64,000 bases of DNA. Origin: an uncultured Cytophagia bacterium. GTDB taxonomy: Bacteria > Zhuqueibacterota > Zhuqueibacteria > Residuimicrobiales > Residuimicrobiaceae. How positions within the stretch are numbered: position 1 is the first letter of the stretch; the number at the start of each line of letters is the position of its first letter. The stretch spans positions 22,796-86,795 of the forward strand of contig CAZISM010000001.1 in assembly GCA_964541895.1 (NCBI GenBank), read 5' to 3'. This document shows, in pieces, positions 58,927 through 64,000 of this stretch. Under the pieces are notes generated by a model. The model saw only the letters and a list, made by a program, of their open reading frames with translations, was not told the DNA's origin and did no database searches. The translations under genes were made by a program, and so were the position numbers.

Positions 58927-59298
58927 ATGTCCGGATCAAGCGGATCTGTAAAGCATTACTCGGAAATTCCGGCCCAGCCCTTCGGCCCGGAAGCGCCCGG
59001 CACCGCTATTCGGGTGTTATTGAGCGAGGCGCAGGACGGCGCGCCGGTGTATAGCATGCGGATGATAGAGATCCAGCCCGGCGGCCATTCGCCGTTGCAT
59101 CACCATCCCTACGAGCATGAAAATTTTATTCTGGAAGGAGAAGGTGAAGTCGAGATCGATGGCCGCTGTTACTCACTGAGGGCCGGGACGGTGGTGCTGG
59201 TGCCGGCGGAAGCAACGCATCAATACCGCAATACCGGTTCGGTTTTGCTTCGTTTTCTCTGTAGTATCCCTGTTGAAAAATATCGGAAATTAGTTTGA
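58927..59298 (+). CDS. Cupin-domain protein
   Basis: AGGAGG RBS. Cupin motifs GGHSPLHHHPYEHENFILEGEG and RAGTVVLVPAEATHQYRN. Confidence 0.75.
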   Translation: MSGSSGSVKHYSEIPAQPFGPEAPGTAIRVLLSEAQDGAPVYSMRMIEIQPGGHSPLHHHPYEHENFILEGEGEVEIDGRCYSLRAGTVVLVPAEATHQYRNTGSVLLRFLCSIPVEKYRKLV

Positions 59299-59308
59299 GA
59301 GGAGGAGT

Positions 59309-59920
59309 ATGATCACAGAATTTATCGACATGCCCAGACTGGAGCGTTGGGTGGGCCAAACGTTTCGCTTTCTGTCACCCAATACGTGGACAACGATTTC
59401 CCTCTTTGCTGCGGTTTTTGCTTTTGCCGTTGTGTGGACGGGGCATAGCACCTTGGGAGCGGCCTGTTTTGGCGTGGGGGCGTTGCTGGACGTGATTGAT
59501 GGCAAGGTGGCGCGGTTGACCGGTCGCTCGACCAGGCTCGGCGCGTTCTGGGACGGCACCGTGGACCGCTTCGTGGATATGCTGATGATTTTGGCACTGT
59601 TCAAGCTGCCGATGCCTGATTCACTGCTGCCGCAGGGTATTCTGCTCTTTTTGTTGCTTTTCACCACACTGTTACCCCCCTTTATCGTGGCCTATGCCAA
59701 CCATCGCGGTGCGGTCCCGGATCCGACGGAAAAAGTGATTTGGCGATTCGCCTTTCGGGTCGAGTACGTCATTCTTTTTGTCGCCGCCATCCTGTTGTAC
59801 GGCTTTTCGCCCCTCTGGAGTCTCTATACGGTATATGCCGCTCTTTTTCTGATGAGTGCTACGGTCATTCAGGCCATACTGCTTGTGTTCATCAAATCTA
59901 AAAATTATCCCCAACAATAA
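59309..59920 (+). CDS. CDP-alcohol phosphatidyltransferase family protein
   Basis: DVIDGKVAR..G..WDGTVDRFVD (DG..AR...G...D...D signature). Multi-TM. Confidence 0.75.
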   Translation: MITEFIDMPRLERWVGQTFRFLSPNTWTTISLFAAVFAFAVVWTGHSTLGAACFGVGALLDVIDGKVARLTGRSTRLGAFWDGTVDRFVDMLMILALFKLPMPDSLLPQGILLFLLLFTTLLPPFIVAYANHRGAVPDPTEKVIWRFAFRVEYVILFVAAILLYGFSPLWSLYTVYAALFLMSATVIQAILLVFIKSKNYPQQ

Positions 59921-59939
59921 GCGTTTTGCCCGTATCCTG

Positions 59940-59982
59940 ATAGATCGATACACCTCGTATGTTTCGAGGTGTATCGATCTAT
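59940..59982. terminator. 18-bp perfect inverted repeat with 7-nt loop (atagatcgatacacctcg / cgaggtgtatcgatctat); likely bidirectional terminator
   Basis: Read directly, between convergent genes. Unusually long perfect stem. Confidence 0.55.
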
Positions 59983-60129
59983 TTCTAACCGGACTGTGCC
60001 CGGTCGGATTTATTCCCGGCGATCCGATGCGCGAGCCTTTGGCGCCATACTATGTATGTCTTGCGCACGATGGTCTAAACAGGTCAGGCCCTGCCACGGT
60101 GTCTGACAGAGGCTTCCGGGTGACACAGG

Positions 60130-62871
60130 TTACGGTCTGCCAAAATAAAAATAGAGGGTGGCCTGATAATCGCCATCGGCACGAGTTTTTTCACTCATGG
60201 GGCCCAGGTTGTCCGGCTCGAGAAATTTCGTACCTATAGGTGCGATGGCGTGCAGAAAAGAGATGTCCAGAGCTGGAAAGCGAGACAGGCAGGACATGGG
60301 ATTGGGTCCGCTGGTCGGCGTGTAGAGAAGAAAATAGAGATCAGGGGTGGCACTGCAGATGGTGACAGGGCCGTCGGCCGTTTCCAGCACAAGCCAATAC
60401 CAGTGGCCAAAGTAACCTTTGAATTCCGGATAATCCCAGGATTGGCCGGTCACGGTGTCGTTGTATCGGTTTTGCCAGATATTGAGATGTCCTCCGGCAC
60501 GGCGATTCTTCCAGACCCGATACGGTCCCTGGCCGAGCCATTTGGCAGAGCGGATTTTTGATTCGGGACAGGAAAATGAAATGCCCATGAAATCGACCGG
60601 GCCGAAGAGCTGGTACTGGTAATCGAGCCGCAACCAGCCGCCGGGATACACGGTCCAGCGCAACGAGCGAAACGCCCCGGCATTAAAGGTGGTTTCGATC
60701 GTGCATGCATCTTCTGTGACTTTGCAAAGCGTCCGGGCATTGCGCGTATTCCCGGTAGCCAGACTTGGGCCGTTATTGAAAGAGATCTCCCGGCCGCTGC
60801 ACAGGACACGTGACAGTTTGCCATGACGGGAAAATCGAAATTCTGTTTTTCCGGCCGTTACGGTGATGGTGCTTTCGCCTTCTTCGATTTGAATGGATCC
60901 CATGCCTCTATGTACCATGGCTTGCACGTATTCGTTCGCCTCCTTGAACGAAATGGTTTTGGCCAACACCATACGTCCAGAGCCGTCGATAAAAATGATC
61001 CGAAGAGCGTCATGAGATTGAAAGAATTCAGGTAATGGCAGGGCAATGTCCCGGCTGGTATGGGGCGGGATGGATGGTAAGGGCATCTCATGGCGATAGG
61101 AAATCCAGGCCATACTGGTATCAAAGGGTGAGGGGAAGTCGACGAGTTCAAGGCGCAGGCGGCCACTGGCCAGGTCGGTAAAATCATACCGGTTTTCCAC
61201 CTTGATCTTGCCCTGGAATCGTTCATTGCCATTGATAAAATCGATATGCAGCGGAGCAAAGATTTCCTTTATGGTGAAAAAGCTGCCCTCTTTTTCCCGA
61301 TGCGGTCCGAGGATCCCGTCCGGGGCCTGATTGCCTGCTGTGTCCAGTCGATGATTGTCGTCCGTCCGCACCACCGCTTCATCCAGCAAAGCCCAGAGAA
61401 ACGCGCCGCTGACACACGGTTGGGTTCTGGTGAGATCCCAAAAGTCCTGCAGGCCGGCGCCCAGACCGCCGTCGTACAGGCCGTGCAACAGCTCTGTCGG
61501 CATCAGAAGGTCCGGGCCCTGTGCAAAGCGGCGGTTGGTTTCATACGGTTGATAGTGCGCCGTATTTATGCCGTTACTGGTTTCCCAGGGATGCAACACA
61601 ACTCTTTTTTGCGGATCCCATCTGTAAAATTCATCTTCAAGGCTGTAATTGAAACCTCCCTCATTGCCGTTGTCCCAAAACAGCACACACGGATGGTTGA
61701 CATCACGAGTCACCAGCTCTTTAACCAGGGTTCTGCCGATGTCCGTATCATAGGCCGACTGCCAGCCGGCTAATTCATCCAAAACATACAAGCCCAGCGA
61801 ATCGCATATATCCAAAAAGTGAGAATCAGGCGGATAATGGGACATGCGAACGCTGTTCATGTTCATCTCCTTGATTAAAAGAGCGTCCTGGAGACTGATG
61901 TCACGACTGAGCGTTCTGCCTGATTCCGGCCAGAAGCAGTGTCTGTTCACACCTTTGAGCAGAATCTTGCGGTCATTTAGATAAATGCCGTCACCCGGTT
62001 TTACCGCCAGGGTGCGGAAACCGATTTTTTCCCTGACGCGATGGAGCAGTTTGTGCGAGGCAAGCTCCACCGTCACATCATAGAGATAGGGTGTTTCCGC
62101 ACTCCACGTATTAATGTTCTGAATGAGCGTTTGCAGAGTTGCTTTAGCGGTTCCGGGGATTAGGGTTGTTTTAAGCGGTGCACCGACCAGGCGGCCCTGG
62201 GGTGTATAAAGCTGGGCGGTGATGGTTCTGGTCGTGGTTATATTGCCAGGAAACACATCGATCGTCAATGTGCCGTCGCCTGCGGCCGCAATAGCGCAGC
62301 GATCGATATATTCCTCAGGTCGAATCAGCAGATAGACCGGCCGGAAAATACCACCGAAAATCCAGTAATCAGCCTGGCGTTCTGCCCGATTGACAGACGC
62401 ATTATCCGACTGTTTGGCGACCCGAACCTCAAGCAGATTTTCCCTGCCAAAGTGCAGCAGGGAGTCAACCGCATAGCTGAAGCGATAAAATCCGCCGCAA
62501 TGGACCGCTCCAGCCAGACGGCCGTTTACCATCACTCTGGTCTCGGTCATGACGCCTTCAAAAACCAGATCGACATGCCGTCGCTTCCAGGAGAGGGGTA
62601 CCATAAACCGGTGGCGATAGAGACCGACTTCGTTGCCAGCCTGTCGGTCTCTGCCATAGTTGTAGGTACCAAATCCTTGCAGTTCCCAACAGGAGGGAAC
62701 CGGAATGGTGCTCCAAAAACCGCTATTCCTGCCGCTGCTGCATTGGAATTCCCAGTTCACCGTATGATCCTTGTCCCTACCGGAGAGATAAAAGATTTCG
62801 TTCTCCTGTGCCTGCGCAAAAGCGGACACGAACAGGCTCAAAGCAGCGATTTTAATGATCCTTGTAATCAT
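60130..62871 (-). CDS. Glycoside hydrolase family 2 enzyme (beta-galactosidase/beta-mannosidase-like), secreted
   Basis: Signal peptide MITRIIKIAALSLFVSAFAQA. GH2 motifs NHPCVLFWDNGNEGG. Sugar-binding, Ig-like and TIM-barrel order. Confidence 0.8.
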   Translation of the reverse strand: MITRIIKIAALSLFVSAFAQAQENEIFYLSGRDKDHTVNWEFQCSSGRNSGFWSTIPVPSCWELQGFGTYNYGRDRQAGNEVGLYRHRFMVPLSWKRRHVDLVFEGVMTETRVMVNGRLAGAVHCGGFYRFSYAVDSLLHFGRENLLEVRVAKQSDNASVNRAERQADYWIFGGIFRPVYLLIRPEEYIDRCAIAAAGDGTLTIDVFPGNITTTRTITAQLYTPQGRLVGAPLKTTLIPGTAKATLQTLIQNINTWSAETPYLYDVTVELASHKLLHRVREKIGFRTLAVKPGDGIYLNDRKILLKGVNRHCFWPESGRTLSRDISLQDALLIKEMNMNSVRMSHYPPDSHFLDICDSLGLYVLDELAGWQSAYDTDIGRTLVKELVTRDVNHPCVLFWDNGNEGGFNYSLEDEFYRWDPQKRVVLHPWETSNGINTAHYQPYETNRRFAQGPDLLMPTELLHGLYDGGLGAGLQDFWDLTRTQPCVSGAFLWALLDEAVVRTDDNHRLDTAGNQAPDGILGPHREKEGSFFTIKEIFAPLHIDFINGNERFQGKIKVENRYDFTDLASGRLRLELVDFPSPFDTSMAWISYRHEMPLPSIPPHTSRDIALPLPEFFQSHDALRIIFIDGSGRMVLAKTISFKEANEYVQAMVHRGMGSIQIEEGESTITVTAGKTEFRFSRHGKLSRVLCSGREISFNNGPSLATGNTRNARTLCKVTEDACTIETTFNAGAFRSLRWTVYPGGWLRLDYQYQLFGPVDFMGISFSCPESKIRSAKWLGQGPYRVWKNRRAGGHLNIWQNRYNDTVTGQSWDYPEFKGYFGHWYWLVLETADGPVTICSATPDLYFLLYTPTSGPNPMSCLSRFPALDISFLHAIAPIGTKFLEPDNLGPMSEKTRADGDYQATLYFYFGRP

Positions 62872-62920
62872 TGGAAACTCCAAAGCTTGCAACGGCAGTC
62901 AAAGTAATGATCAGTATCGG

Positions 62921-63997
62921 TCAGTTTATCTTTTTCGCTTTGTGCTCGCTGCCGCTATGTGAGATAGTCATGCCTTGAACATGGCCATGGCTGTCGATAT
63001 TGAACAGCAATCGCACATCAATGATGGTCGCATTGAACAGGGTCTCTGATTCGGGCGTGATTTCCACTTTGTGCTTGGGGTACATGGCCAGATACAGGGT
63101 ATTGCCTTCGCGGCTGATGTTGGTAAAGTTGTTCGGGCTGGTTTCGTATTTGCCGACATAGCGATCCAGTTTTTCCGGCGCTAAGGCGATAATCTTGTCC
63201 GGCGGCCGGGTGCAGGCATCGCCGGCCAGTTGACCTCGTTCCGGCAGTTCACGAACCCAGATGTTGCGGTATCGCACCGGATTGCCATGATCCTGCAGTC
63301 CCAGCGGCAGCTTGTCGGCGTGTTGGACATAGGTTTCCCGGCTCATCCAGGAGGTGGGGCCGTATATTTCCACATCGTCCTGCACCAGAACACCGTTGTG
63401 GATGACTGTGATGCGAGCGCGGCTGGCGAGGTTGCCTCTATCATCAAAACGGGGTCGATGAAAAATGATATCGTAGATTTGCCATTGGCCGGGCGGCAGA
63501 CAGGCGTTCACCATGGGCGGATGTTGACCATAGATAGCGGCGCATTGCCCGTCGGCGTAGGTGTGATTCTGATAGGAATCCAGAACCTGCACTTCATAGG
63601 TGGACATCAGAAAGACACCGCTGTTGCCGCGCCCCTGGCTGTGGCCTTCCGGCGGGGTGGGCGCGGCGAATTCGATGTGAAGCTGGCAATCGCCAAATCC
63701 CTGCTTGGAAAAAATAAAGCCGCTGCCTTTAACGCATTCCATGTAATCGCCGCTGACGATCCATTTGGAGGGATGGCCGTCTTTATCGCACCAGTTTTTC
63801 AGATTGCTGCCATCGAACAGGACGACGGCATCCGAAGGGGCTTTGCCGACGCGGTCCTGGGTGCTGGGGATCGCGGGCGTAATAACCGGACGCGCCGGTC
63901 GAATGGTATCGTGATTTTTCCATCGACCTGGTATTTGAGCAAAAAGAAAACCGGCACAGCCTAAAAGACAAAATGCAGCAAAGACAATTTTGTACAT
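62921..63997 (-). CDS. DUF1080 (3-keto-disaccharide hydrolase-like, LamG fold) secreted protein
   Basis: Signal peptide. Conserved NSGVFL, E..V.D, RYRNIWVREL segments of PF06439. Confidence 0.7.
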   Translation of the reverse strand: MYKIVFAAFCLLGCAGFLFAQIPGRWKNHDTIRPARPVITPAIPSTQDRVGKAPSDAVVLFDGSNLKNWCDKDGHPSKWIVSGDYMECVKGSGFIFSKQGFGDCQLHIEFAAPTPPEGHSQGRGNSGVFLMSTYEVQVLDSYQNHTYADGQCAAIYGQHPPMVNACLPPGQWQIYDIIFHRPRFDDRGNLASRARITVIHNGVLVQDDVEIYGPTSWMSRETYVQHADKLPLGLQDHGNPVRYRNIWVRELPERGQLAGDACTRPPDKIIALAPEKLDRYVGKYETSPNNFTNISREGNTLYLAMYPKHKVEITPESETLFNATIIDVRLLFNIDSHGHVQGMTISHSGSEHKAKKIN

Positions 63998-64000
63998 AAA

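Noticed and set aside
58076-58939. 287-aa minus-strand ORF opposite the ABC permease
   Set aside because: Antisense artefact. The + strand encodes a typical 8-TM ABC-3 permease.

Overview
GC-rich (~58%) bacterial chromosomal segment, densely coded on both strands, with no rRNA, tRNA, CRISPR array or mobile elements detected. Nearly all products are envelope-associated, secreted or signalling proteins. Three loci stand out.

1. **Type IV pilus-like locus (6.7-26.0 kb).** A PilS/PilR-like sigma-54 two-component pair (cytoplasmic PAS histidine kinase plus NtrC-family activator) and a CheY-like receiver precede a complete machinery set: candidate major pilin with attenuator terminator, PilC platform, PilB ATPase, a receiver-cNMP-binding protein wedged between PilB and a PilT-like retraction ATPase, a fused PilM-PilN, a fused PilO-PilP, a compact secretin with an extra C-terminal domain, an 1124-aa Ig-like (Big_1) repeat lipoprotein, and three minor-pilin/PilX-like proteins. 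None of the four pilin-like proteins has the canonical G|F...E5 prepilin motif, and no prepilin peptidase is present.

2. **CsgG-like envelope cluster (36.1-40.5 kb).** A CsgG-like protein sits with two LPP20-domain proteins and a TPR + double-SLH lipoprotein, with no curli subunit genes, downstream of an ECF sigma / anti-sigma / Spy-like / HlyD / MacB-type-permease operon.

3. **Minus-strand sensory operon (48.6-55.3 kb).** A secreted protein, a FecR-like protein, an 860-aa outer-membrane beta-barrel and a CHASE2 class III nucleotide cyclase are co-directional and tightly packed. This is a plausible cAMP source for the cNMP-binding receiver in the pilus locus.

Other content: three tandem MFS transporters; OmpA-family and M14 peptidase genes; a FecR-like / AI-2E transporter / PDZ radical-SAM-like (DUF512) / Der GTPase / HExxH protease run, the protease carrying a T9SS C-terminal sorting domain; an outer-membrane barrel fused to a CpoB-like TPR domain behind a canonical sigma-54 promoter; an SDR-led zinc-type ABC uptake operon that also carries cupin and CDP-alcohol phosphatidyltransferase genes; and GH2 and DUF1080 glycan hydrolases. 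The T9SS sorting domain, SLH and Big domains suggest an FCB-group or related candidate-phylum organism, but lineage cannot be determined from sequence alone.
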